This document shows positions 1-8,825 of a stretch of 64,000 nucleotides of DNA, one piece after another. The position numbers were made by a program, and so were the translations under genes. The stretch spans positions 1,920,001 to 1,984,000 of the forward strand of contig CBDFMQ010000002.1 of assembly GCA_965249725.1 (NCBI GenBank). Direction: 5' to 3'. Every line of letters begins with the position of its first letter. Position 1 is the stretch's first letter. Under the pieces are notes generated by a model. It made no database searches. It was given only the letters and a program-made list of their open reading frames with translations, and was not told where the DNA came from. Source of the DNA: Longimicrobiales bacterium (GTDB lineage: Bacteria > Gemmatimonadota > Gemmatimonadetes > Longimicrobiales > Gaopeijiaceae).

Positions 1-20
1 TGACGCTGCTGATACTCCTT

Positions 21-1670
21 TTGACGGCGTTCCAATGGCAGGCGGGAGGCGCACGTCTGGAGGGTATGCCGGACGGATCGGGCACTTACGATGACCTCGT
101 TGCACTGTTTCAAGAATTCCTCGAGTGGACGAATCCGGCCAGGGCGTCGGGCAACGTCCCGAACCGGGACATCGCCGGCAGCGCGACCGACGTTTATCCC
201 GACTACGGCGAGGCCGCCGTCGAGCGGCGTCTCGCAAAGATGCGGGACTTCCAGGCGCAGCTCGAAGACATGGCAGTCGTAGACTGGGAACTCGATCAAC
301 AGGTCGACTATCTGGCAGTTCGTTCCCGATTCGATCAGCACGATTTCCTCTTGAATGTGTCCCGCCCCTGGTCGAGAGACCCCGGCTTCTATGTGGATCA
401 GATGCTGCGCATCACGTTCGCGGATTTGCCATTGGACGACGATGAGACCACCGCACTCCGCACGCGCCTCGAGGCCATTTCCCTCTTGGTGGAGCAGGCA
501 AAGAACAACCTCACGGAAGTAGCCGCCGACTACGCGGACCTCGCGATCTTCAATCTGACCAATGCCGACGGCGTGGGGCACGGTTACCCGTATCGAGCAA
601 CGCCGCCGGCCGGCGTCATTGGCTGGTACGACGACTTCGGCGAGCGGGCGGACAGCCAGCAGCCCGATCTCCGCGCCGACATCGCCGCGGCCGGGGAATC
701 CGTCCGCGACTTCCACGACTGGCTCGTTGCGCATCGCGGCGACATGACCGGAAAAGGCGGCGTGGGTCGGGAGATGTTCGACTGGTATCTGAAGCACGTG
801 AAGCTCATGCCGTACGACGCGGATCAGATCGTCACGCTGGGCCTGGGGGAGCTGAATCGCCTCTGGAGCGTGTATGCGCTGGAGCAGCACCGAAACCGGC
901 ACCTGCCGCCGATCGAGCTGCCGGCGTCGGCGGAGGAGTATGCGGCGCGGATCGACAGCACCGACACGCGGATCCGCAAGTTCCTGGTGGAGGAGGACAT
1001 CATCACCATCCCGGACTACGTTAAAGAGTTCGACACGAACGTGCCGTGGATCGTCCGTCCCGCCGGCCCCAACTTTTGGGAGCAGGTGCAGTTCCGTGAC
1101 CCGACGCCCGATCACGTGCACGCCGTCATCCCCGGGCATCGTTTCGACGGCCTGGTCGCACGGCATAACACGCATCCCATCCGCGGCAAGATCGCCAGCG
1201 GGGCGCGCGTCGAAGGCTGGGGTACCTATCTGGAAGAAGCCACCATGAACGCCGGCTTGCTCGATGACATGCCACGGGTCCGCGAACTCATCTACGTCTT
1301 CGGTATCTTCCGGGCCGCCAGGGTGCCGGCGGACGTGTGGCTCCAGCTCAACGAGATGACGGTGAACGAAGTCGTAGCGTGGTGGATGGAGCGCACCCCG
1401 TGGCTGGACGAGAACGTTGCGCGCGTCGACGCCGAGATTTACTTGCGCCGGCCGCCCGGCTACGGGCTGGGGTACGCGATCGGCATGCTGCAGATGCAGC
1501 AGCTCCTTGCCGATCGCAAGCGCCAGCTGGGCGACGATTTCGACCTCGAGGAGTTCCACGACACGTTCATGGCAGCCGGGCGACTCCCAATCTCGCTGAT
1601 CCGCTGGGAGATGACGGGTCTGGACGACGGGGTGCGGGATCTCTGGAAGCGGGAGCGGCTCGACTACTAG
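21..1670 (+). CDS. DUF885 family protein (putative metallopeptidase-like), probably 5'-truncated by the window edge
   Basis: 549-aa ORF, frame open back to base 3; HAVIPGH, VEGWGTYLE and C-terminal 'LGDDFDLEEFHD..M..G.LP' motifs typical of DUF885. Confidence 0.75.
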   Translation: MTAFQWQAGGARLEGMPDGSGTYDDLVALFQEFLEWTNPARASGNVPNRDIAGSATDVYPDYGEAAVERRLAKMRDFQAQLEDMAVVDWELDQQVDYLAVRSRFDQHDFLLNVSRPWSRDPGFYVDQMLRITFADLPLDDDETTALRTRLEAISLLVEQAKNNLTEVAADYADLAIFNLTNADGVGHGYPYRATPPAGVIGWYDDFGERADSQQPDLRADIAAAGESVRDFHDWLVAHRGDMTGKGGVGREMFDWYLKHVKLMPYDADQIVTLGLGELNRLWSVYALEQHRNRHLPPIELPASAEEYAARIDSTDTRIRKFLVEEDIITIPDYVKEFDTNVPWIVRPAGPNFWEQVQFRDPTPDHVHAVIPGHRFDGLVARHNTHPIRGKIASGARVEGWGTYLEEATMNAGLLDDMPRVRELIYVFGIFRAARVPADVWLQLNEMTVNEVVAWWMERTPWLDENVARVDAEIYLRRPPGYGLGYAIGMLQMQQLLADRKRQLGDDFDLEEFHDTFMAAGRLPISLIRWEMTGLDDGVRDLWKRERLDY

Positions 1671-1805
1671 GCAGGGCGTGCAGGCCTGCGGCGGAGTATG
1701 GCTAGACGCTGGCTTGATCTCGAACGTCCCGAAAAGTGTGCCACTCCCCCCGACACCATCCTAGAACCCCAGAATGACGCCCGATTTAGTGTGCCGATTA
1801 GTTAC

Positions 1806-1844
1806 CGAATGGGGTGCATTTGTGGGGGCTTCAGTGGGTCGGGT
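1806..1844 (+). repeat. 39-bp repeat copy 1, containing a tRNA-Pro(GGG) anticodon-arm-like core
   Basis: CGAATGGGGTGCATTTGTGGGGGCTTCAGTGGGTCGGGT matches 5465-5503 at 34/39 positions. Confidence 0.7.
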
Positions 1845-1855
1845 CCCGGGTTAGT

Positions 1856-3043
1856 TCAACGGGCGGCGACCAGGCCTGGCCGGCCGGCCGGAAGACCCGA
1901 TAGCACCTTACCCGACAGCACCGCCCCCAGGAGCAGGATCGGGACCGTCCATCCCGCGGTCGCGTCATGGAGGTAACCGAATACGGCGGGGCCGATGGCG
2001 GCCACGAAGTAGCCCACCGACTGGGCCATGCCCGACAGCTCGCCCGCGGACTCGGCGTCGGGCGCGCGAAGCACCAGCAGCGTCAGTGCCAGCCCGAAGG
2101 TGCCGCCCAGGATGAAGCCGAGCAGCGAGACCCAGAGGGCTGCGAGCATACCACCCGGCAGGAGCAAGCCGCCCAGTCCCACGGCCTCGAGAACGGCGAG
2201 GGTCCAGATGATCCGGCGCTGGTCGGCCAACGTTCCGGCCCAGACCGGTATGAGGGCGGTTCCCAGAATCCCAGTGACTTGAGAGAGGGCGAGCATCCAA
2301 CCGGCGGCGGCCTCGCTGAGACCGCGACTCTGCAGAAGGTCGGGGAGCCAAGCGATGATGACGTAGAACGTGAGGGACTGGAGTCCCATGTAGAGAGCCA
2401 CCTGCCAGGCCAGCCTCGAGCGCCCCAGGACCCGGAGCGTGACCCCACCCGGCCGCCGGACCTGTAGCGCCGGCCGGGGCCCGGAGAGTTGGACGAGCCA
2501 CACGAGCAGCGCGAACACGGCCGGGAGCACCCCAATGCCCAGTGCTCCACGCCAGCCGAAGACCGCCGCGAGCGGTACGCTCAGCCCCGCCGCGGCGGTC
2601 GCGCCGAGCCCCATCATGCTCGAGTACAGGCTGGTGATCGGCCCGGGGTGGGCCGGGAAGTCACGCTTCGCTAGCACCGGCAGCAGGACGTTCCCAAGCG
2701 CGACCCCGACGCCCATGAGACTTGTCCCGAGATAGAGTGCCACGACCGACTCCGCGGCCCGGAGCCCGGTGCCGACGGCCAAGAGCACGAGCGCGAGAGC
2801 CACCGTCCGCTCGACCCCCACCCGGCGACTCACGACCGAGGTGAACGGGGACACGCACCCAAAGGCCAGGAGAGGCAGGGTCGTTAGCAGCCCGAGCGCA
2901 GTGTTGGAGAGCCCCGTGGCGGGTCGCATGACGGAGACCAAGGGCCCGACACTGGCGATCGCGGAACGGAGGTTCAGCGCGACGAGGACGATGCCGACGA
3001 TCAGAAGCAATCGGCGTGGGGAGGAGGAGGGAGACGGAGTCAT
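1856..3043 (-). CDS. CynX/NimT family MFS transporter
   Basis: 'ALNLRSAIASVGP', 'LGLLTTLPLLAF' and 'LSGMAQSVGY' motifs; about 12 hydrophobic segments. Confidence 0.9.
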   Translation of the reverse strand: MTPSPSSSPRRLLLIVGIVLVALNLRSAIASVGPLVSVMRPATGLSNTALGLLTTLPLLAFGCVSPFTSVVSRRVGVERTVALALVLLAVGTGLRAAESVVALYLGTSLMGVGVALGNVLLPVLAKRDFPAHPGPITSLYSSMMGLGATAAAGLSVPLAAVFGWRGALGIGVLPAVFALLVWLVQLSGPRPALQVRRPGGVTLRVLGRSRLAWQVALYMGLQSLTFYVIIAWLPDLLQSRGLSEAAAGWMLALSQVTGILGTALIPVWAGTLADQRRIIWTLAVLEAVGLGGLLLPGGMLAALWVSLLGFILGGTFGLALTLLVLRAPDAESAGELSGMAQSVGYFVAAIGPAVFGYLHDATAGWTVPILLLGAVLSGKVLSGLPAGRPGLVAAR

Positions 3044-3177
3044 GGAAGGAAGGGTCCGCCGGCCTCCGGGTGTCTATGCGGTTTCTTACCGCCATTCGTA
3101 AACATATGGAGTCGCATGGGGTCCAGCCGCAAACAGCGGCAGGAAACAGTCCCGGAAGTCAGATCGGACACGGCGCG

Positions 3178-5118
3178 CTACCCCCCCGCCCTCCCCGACT
3201 TCAAATGCTCGTCGAAGAACTCCAGCATGTCGAGGAGCATTTGTCGCACGTTGTCCCGGTTGGAGACGTAGTAGTCCTCGTCGTAGTAGACCTTCGCCCG
3301 GTGGGGCTTGTAGTGGCGCTCGAGCTCAGCGACGTAGCGGGCGGAGCTGTCCGACGCGGGCCAGCGGCCTTCTCCCCAGATCACGAACTGGGGTGTGTTG
3401 ACCTGCTCCACCCAGAACTGCGGTGAGACGTATCGGTAGGTCTCCTCGTTGCCCTCGAGTGGTCCGAACTCGTCTTCCGCCTGCTTGATGTGGCGGAGCT
3501 CTTGCGTATGGTAGTAGTGGATTCGATCAGCCGTCCCTCCGTGTGGGATGGACGCCCGGAATACATCAGGCGCGAACGTCGCACCCGCCATGCTGAGGAG
3601 CCCACCGTGGCTCGTCCCTGTGATTCCCATGTTGTCGGGGTCCACGTAGGGGAGCGTCTTGAGGTACTCCACACCCGCAACCAGGTCGTCGAGATCGCAG
3701 TGAGCCCAGCAGCCGTCGTTCAGGTCCGCGAACTCCCGCCCGTAGCCCGCTCCTCCGCGGAAGTTCGGTGCCAGGACAGCGTAGCCCTGCTCGGCGAAGA
3801 ACTGCATCTGAGTCTGGTACGTGTCGATGTATTGGCCGGTGGGTCCCCCGTGCGCGAACACGATTCCCGGCAGACGCTCCCCTTCGCGGATCGTCCTCGG
3901 GCGGAACAGGTAGGCGTTGATCCTCAGGCCGTCGCTCTGGTATGTGACCTTCTCGGGCACGATGAGCGCGTCGCCCGCGTTGCCCCCGGGAGAGGAGTCG
4001 GTCAAGCGCCGCGGTTCGCGGCTGTCCACGTCGATCACGAACAGGTCGGCGGCCTCGGTAGGCGTCTGGAGGGTGTAGCTGATCCGCCTGCCGTCCGGAG
4101 ACCACTCGGGCGCGCGCACGACGCCCATCCCCGGATCGACGAGAACGTCGGAGCGCCCCCCGGACGCCGCCGCGACGCGCAAATCGAACGTGCCATTACG
4201 GTTCGTCACGTAGGCGATCCGGCGGCCGTCCGGCGACCAGCGCGCGTCGCTCTGGTCCCAGGACTCCGGCGCGATCGGTCGAGGCTCCCCTCCCTGGATC
4301 GGCACCGTGTAGTAGTTGATCCAGCCACTCCGCCAGGATCGGAACAGAACCGTGCTCCCGTCCGGCGAAACCCGAGGCGGCGAGAAGTTCGGCGTCCCGG
4401 ACGACGTGCTGTAGTCGAAGAAGTCGGTGTCACGCACTACGAGCCGCATCCCCGAGCCGTCGGCGTTCATGATCATGACGTCGTGGTCCACCCAGTGGTC
4501 GTCGACGACCACGTAGACGATGCTCCGCGAATCCGGCGTCCACGTCGGTCCGATCTCGTAGCGCTCGTCGTTGGTGAGCCTCTCCACCCGTCCGTCGGGC
4601 ACCGAGACCCGCCAGATGTCGTAGTTCCCCGCGCCCCCGCCGGTGAACGTGATCCATCGACCATCGGGCGACCAGCTCGTCGTCGTCATGCGAGCGCCGA
4701 GGTGTGTGAGGCGCACGTCGCGGCCGTCCACGGCCGACCAGAGCCAGAGGTCCGGCGCGCCGTCCTCGGATCCACGGTCCGAGACGTAGGAGACCCACTC
4801 TCCGGTCGGTGACCATCGCGGGTGCCGGGCGAGCTGGAACGGGACCCCCCCGATGTCCTCCGCCATGCGACGCGGGAAGCCGCCCTCGGCCGGCACGCTC
4901 CAGAGCCCTCCCCCGAGAAGGCCCGAGGCGAACATGATCTCTGTCCCATCCGGGGACCATCGGGGTGGCTCGCCCGACAGCACGGAGCGTATGGACTGCA
5001 CCCGATCGACCCACTCTTCGGCGGGAAAGCGCGGATGCTGGGCTTTCGCAGTCGCGGGAATGTAGAGGGGGATGAGGCAGAGGGGTGCCCATCGTGCCAA
5101 CGCTTGCCGTGAGATCAT
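3178..5118 (-). CDS. S9 family (prolyl oligo/dipeptidyl) peptidase with PD40 beta-propeller
   Basis: Signal peptide from ATG 5118, repeated WSPDG motifs, HGGP, nucleophile GTSHGG. Confidence 0.9.
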   Translation of the reverse strand: MISRQALARWAPLCLIPLYIPATAKAQHPRFPAEEWVDRVQSIRSVLSGEPPRWSPDGTEIMFASGLLGGGLWSVPAEGGFPRRMAEDIGGVPFQLARHPRWSPTGEWVSYVSDRGSEDGAPDLWLWSAVDGRDVRLTHLGARMTTTSWSPDGRWITFTGGGAGNYDIWRVSVPDGRVERLTNDERYEIGPTWTPDSRSIVYVVVDDHWVDHDVMIMNADGSGMRLVVRDTDFFDYSTSSGTPNFSPPRVSPDGSTVLFRSWRSGWINYYTVPIQGGEPRPIAPESWDQSDARWSPDGRRIAYVTNRNGTFDLRVAAASGGRSDVLVDPGMGVVRAPEWSPDGRRISYTLQTPTEAADLFVIDVDSREPRRLTDSSPGGNAGDALIVPEKVTYQSDGLRINAYLFRPRTIREGERLPGIVFAHGGPTGQYIDTYQTQMQFFAEQGYAVLAPNFRGGAGYGREFADLNDGCWAHCDLDDLVAGVEYLKTLPYVDPDNMGITGTSHGGLLSMAGATFAPDVFRASIPHGGTADRIHYYHTQELRHIKQAEDEFGPLEGNEETYRYVSPQFWVEQVNTPQFVIWGEGRWPASDSSARYVAELERHYKPHRAKVYYDEDYYVSNRDNVRQMLLDMLEFFDEHLKSGRAGG

Positions 5119-5164
5119 GGTGTCGGCCTCCTTCGAGACGTGGCGTAGAGGTGTGCCGCTGCCG

Positions 5165-5262
5165 GTGGCAACGCTCCTCGAGCGCATTCGGGCAGTGCAT
5201 TGAGGCGGGATAAGGCGTCAGACATGGCCGCAAGATGCGCCTAGGTCGTGTTGGGCCACAAG
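5165..5262 (-). pseudogene. Degenerate 5' stub plus upstream region of a Ser/Thr kinase gene
   Basis: ATG 5225 reads MSDALSRLNA, with NALEER shortly after in another frame; upstream DNA aligns with 8161-8208, which precedes the intact kinase. Confidence 0.65.
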
Positions 5263-5464
5263 CGTTACAGGCCCCCGCCTCCGAGGACGACGCACCTGAC
5301 ACCCGACGGGGCGTCATCTGTGTCCGTTCGCGTGCCCATTGGGCCCGTTATTGTGCCTCCAAATGACGGCAGATTCCGGCATCCCTTCCGGCAAGAAACG
5401 GCAGATCGTGCGCCCTACCAGTGGTTTACACGGTTTCTTGCCGCCATTCGGCTAGTTGAAGGCT

Positions 5465-5503
5465 CGAATGGGGTTCACTTGTCCGTGCTTCAGTGGGTCG
5501 GGT
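5465..5503 (+). repeat. 39-bp repeat copy 2, containing tRNA-Pro(GGG) anticodon-arm core GAATGGGGTTCA
   Basis: 34/39 identical to 1806-1844; lies 1 bp from the kinase stop codon. Confidence 0.7.
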
Positions 5504-5504
5504 G

Positions 5505-8171
5505 CTACCGCCCTCCCGTCACTTCCTGCACCCAGTTGCGGACGAGGACTAGCTGGGCCTGCGCCGCCCCCCCGACTCGCGTGGAGAAGAGGAAGCGGCC
5601 GTCGGGCGCGACGTCGAAGAGTCGGCGTTGAACGTCGGTCCTCAGCGAGGGGTCCAACTCGAAGAGCCGCTCGCGTGACTCGACGACGAAGCTCGACGCG
5701 TCATGTGTCACCGTGGCGCTCCACATGCACCCGTCCAGGCCGATGAAGAAGACTTCCCCGCCGTCCCTCGACCACATGGCCTGAGAACCGCCCTCGATCG
5801 AGACCGACTCAACGCGGCCGCCCTCGGGATACGGTTGAGCGTAGACTTCGTCACGTCCCGACTGATTGGAGGTATAGACGAGCCAGTTCCCGTCGGGGGA
5901 GGGTTCCGGGCTTCGCTCGTTGAACGCCCGGTCGAGCCATGGCTCCGGCGCGTCATGCTCGCCCGGATCGAAGCGCCAGATGCTCCGAAGCGAGGCGCCG
6001 GGCATGCGCACCAAGAGCTCCCGGCCGTTTCGGGTCCACCACGCGTCAGCGGGCATGCCAGAGAGCTCGACGATGCTCTCGGCCACCCCCGACCCGCCCG
6101 TGGTGATGGACATGACCCAAGTGCGCGAGTCGCGTGAGCCGATGAACGAGATCCGTGGCTCCGTCGGATGCCACTGCGGACGTACACTCACCCCGTCCCG
6201 CGTGAGCGGAAGCCGTGAGCGTCCCACCAGGTCGAAGACCCAAATGTCCTGCTCGCCGAGGCTCTCCGATCCGCTTGCCCATGCGGCAACGACCGAATCT
6301 CCCGAGGCGGACAGGGCAACTCCCTCGAAGCCGCCCGGCTCGATCCAGTCGATGAGTTGGGCCTGACCAGCCCGATTCAGCCAGACGAGCTGTTCCGTGT
6401 CGCCGGCGGCGCCGCTCGCGTAAACGAGCGTCCCGTCGTCTGCAACCGCAAACTCCGCGCCCGTTGGCCCGCTCAAGCCAACCTGAGCGGAGGTCGATAC
6501 GGCCGGGCCGGTCGCGCTCAAGGTCTTGAGATCAAACGGTCGGACGAGGAGCGCGTTGTCCTCGAGCCGTCGGTAGACGATGTGTCCCGAACTCAAGTAT
6601 CGCGGCCGCCTTCCCTCTCCGAGGTCGTGCGCCTCGCCTGCCGCGATGTCGACGGCGAACATCGTCGTGTTCGACACGGTTCCCGACGTTAAGATCGCTC
6701 CGATGCCGGGAAGCACGTCCGACACGACACCCACGACGCCGATGTCGCCCAGCGACACCGATTCGGCCGAGCCGGGCATCCAGCGCCTCAACTCCGGCAG
6801 TTCCGGCACCGTGTAGTAGATCGCCCCGTCATCTCCCCAGGCGAAGCGTGCATTGGCCTCCAACCACACGGGAGTCCCGCCCTCGGCCGGCATCACGCCG
6901 ACGCCCCGCTCCTGCACCCGGAACGCTAGAAATTGGCCGTCTCGGGAGAACTGGGGGGCAACCGCTGATCCAGTGCCCGCGATCGGAGTCGCCTCCAGCT
7001 CGTTCAGGCGTCTCAGCCAGAGCTGGTGCGTCTGGCCCGCATCGCCCCGGCCCCGGTAGACGAGCTGGCTTCCGTCGGGACTCAGCGCCATGGCCGACTG
7101 ATCAAGGAACATGGCGGCTTTGGAGAACTCCTGACCTTGGGGCGTGGTAAGACCCACGCGCGTCACAGGTGCAGGCGCCGGTTCGTCTCCCAGGCTCCAA
7201 GCTGCCACGCCCGTTGCCACCGCCGCGACGACCCACGGGAGCGCGGTGGTCCAACGCCGTGCCGACGTGGCTGTTCTGGCGGTCGCAACCGCAACGGGCG
7301 CCGCCGTCGTCCGTGCCACGGTCTCATACCTGAACCCCACATCATCGAGGGCCGTCATGAACTCGGCCGCGCTTTCGAACCGGTCGGCGGGGAGCTTCTC
7401 CAACGCCCGGGCCAATACCCCCTCGACGTGTGGAGGCACCGTTCTCCGGACCGCGGTGATAGGGGGCGCATCCGTCGTGAGGATCTTGACCAAGACCGCT
7501 TGGGCGCTGGAGGCCGAAAACGGCGGATCACCGGAGAGCATCTCGTACAGAACACATCCGAGCGCATAGACGTCCGACCGGGGATCGACATCCCGGTCGC
7601 CCGTGGCCTGCTCGGGACTCATGTAGTGGGGAGTGCCCAGGCTGAGCCCAGTCTCGGTGATGCGACCGGAACCCGCCTGGGCAACGGCGAGCGCGATCCC
7701 GAAGTCGGCCACCAGCGGCTCTCCACGTTCACTGAGCAGAACGTTCGCGGGCTTGATGTCCCGGTGGACCACGCCGCGCTCGTGCGCGTAGTCCAGTGCG
7801 TCGGCGACCTTGGTGGTGATCGCGAGGGCGTCCTTTACACCGAGTTGCTTCTCGCGGTCGATCCTCTGCCTGAGCGTTTCCCCCTCGACGAACGGCATGA
7901 CGTAGTAGAGGAAGCCGTCGGCTTCACCGGAATCATGGAGTGGCAGGATATGCGGGTGTTGGAGGTTGGCGGTGGTCTTGATCTCGGCGAGGAACCGCTC
8001 GGCGCCGACCACGGCCGCCAGCTCGGGCTTGAGGACCTTGAGCGCTATCTTGCGCTCGTGCTTTAGATCGTCGGCCAGGTAGACCGTAGCCATCCCGCCT
8101 TCGCCGAGTTCACGCTCAATGGCGTAGCGGCCCTCGAGAGTCGCGTTCAGCCGGGTGACGGGGTCAGACAT
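5505..8171 (-). CDS. Hanks-type Ser/Thr protein kinase with TM segment and C-terminal PD40/TolB-like propeller
   Basis: GEGGMATVY, IALKVL, HRDIKPAN, DFG and GTPHYMSPEQ motifs; SPDG repeats. Confidence 0.95.
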   Translation of the reverse strand: MSDPVTRLNATLEGRYAIERELGEGGMATVYLADDLKHERKIALKVLKPELAAVVGAERFLAEIKTTANLQHPHILPLHDSGEADGFLYYVMPFVEGETLRQRIDREKQLGVKDALAITTKVADALDYAHERGVVHRDIKPANVLLSERGEPLVADFGIALAVAQAGSGRITETGLSLGTPHYMSPEQATGDRDVDPRSDVYALGCVLYEMLSGDPPFSASSAQAVLVKILTTDAPPITAVRRTVPPHVEGVLARALEKLPADRFESAAEFMTALDDVGFRYETVARTTAAPVAVATARTATSARRWTTALPWVVAAVATGVAAWSLGDEPAPAPVTRVGLTTPQGQEFSKAAMFLDQSAMALSPDGSQLVYRGRGDAGQTHQLWLRRLNELEATPIAGTGSAVAPQFSRDGQFLAFRVQERGVGVMPAEGGTPVWLEANARFAWGDDGAIYYTVPELPELRRWMPGSAESVSLGDIGVVGVVSDVLPGIGAILTSGTVSNTTMFAVDIAAGEAHDLGEGRRPRYLSSGHIVYRRLEDNALLVRPFDLKTLSATGPAVSTSAQVGLSGPTGAEFAVADDGTLVYASGAAGDTEQLVWLNRAGQAQLIDWIEPGGFEGVALSASGDSVVAAWASGSESLGEQDIWVFDLVGRSRLPLTRDGVSVRPQWHPTEPRISFIGSRDSRTWVMSITTGGSGVAESIVELSGMPADAWWTRNGRELLVRMPGASLRSIWRFDPGEHDAPEPWLDRAFNERSPEPSPDGNWLVYTSNQSGRDEVYAQPYPEGGRVESVSIEGGSQAMWSRDGGEVFFIGLDGCMWSATVTHDASSFVVESRERLFELDPSLRTDVQRRLFDVAPDGRFLFSTRVGGAAQAQLVLVRNWVQEVTGGR

Positions 8172-8262
8172 GCCCGCAAGATGAGCCTAAGTTGCGCCCT
8201 GCCACAAGGATCGCTCACTCACCGGCTACCTCGGCCGTCAAAGGACCTGTCGGACGGGTCCC

Positions 8263-8285
8263 CTCCAATACGTTCTCCAATAGTT
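8263..8285 (+). repeat. 12-bp-period direct repeat (integrase arm-site-like)
   Basis: CTCCAATACGTT-CTCCAATAGTT; near-identical pair at 13813-13835. Confidence 0.55.
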
Positions 8286-8390
8286 GACCCTCCTAGATGC
8301 CCGGAAACACCGATCCCGATCCCGGGCCATCCACTCCGAAACCGCACTGAAACCAGGCATTTCCCCGTGATTTGGCGTATAAGCTGTGGG

Positions 8391-8491
8391 GAATGGGTTT
8401 CAGGGGGTCGCCGGTTCGAGGCGAGGCGGCTGTGAGGTCTTCCGCGGTGTAGGTCAGATGCTCACCGCAGGTCAATCCGGCCGTCCCGACT
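8391..8491 (+). mobile_element. att-like tRNA-Pro(GGG) 3'-half remnant, interrupted in the T-loop by about 55 nt
   Basis: GAATGGGTTTCAGGGGGTCGCCGGTTCGA (8391-8419) and ATCCGGCCGTCCCGACT (8475-8491) join into a T-arm (GCCGG/CCGGC) and a Pro-type acceptor end. Confidence 0.75.
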
Positions 8492-8560
8492 GTGGTAAGA
8501 ATCTGCCACGCTTGATGCTACGACATCAGGCAGGGCTTTTCTTTCGTCCCACAAACGGAA

Positions 8561-8582
8561 TGTGTGTCCGTTTGTGTGTCCG
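8561..8582 (+). repeat. 12-bp-period direct repeat (arm-site-like)
   Basis: TGTGTGTCCGTT-TGTGTGTCCG about 70 bp beyond the tRNA fragment; related TGTGTCCGTT near 5319. Confidence 0.5.
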
Positions 8583-8825
8583 GTCGTGCGCCATTCTGGC
8601 ACCGATTTCGGCGTTCCAACGCCCCTCGGAGCTTGTGCCAGATTCGATCTTGCCCACGTGGCACCCCGGCTGGTTTGGTTCCTATCCATCGCTTGTCCTA
8701 AGCCGTCATGACAAGGGTACTCTCGAGCCTCGAGGCTTCCCGTCGTTTAGCTGGCCGCACAGAACCCGGCCTCGTACGTTGCAAACTGTAACGCTCGCCC
8801 GTCCCTCAATGTGGAGCGGAGCCCA

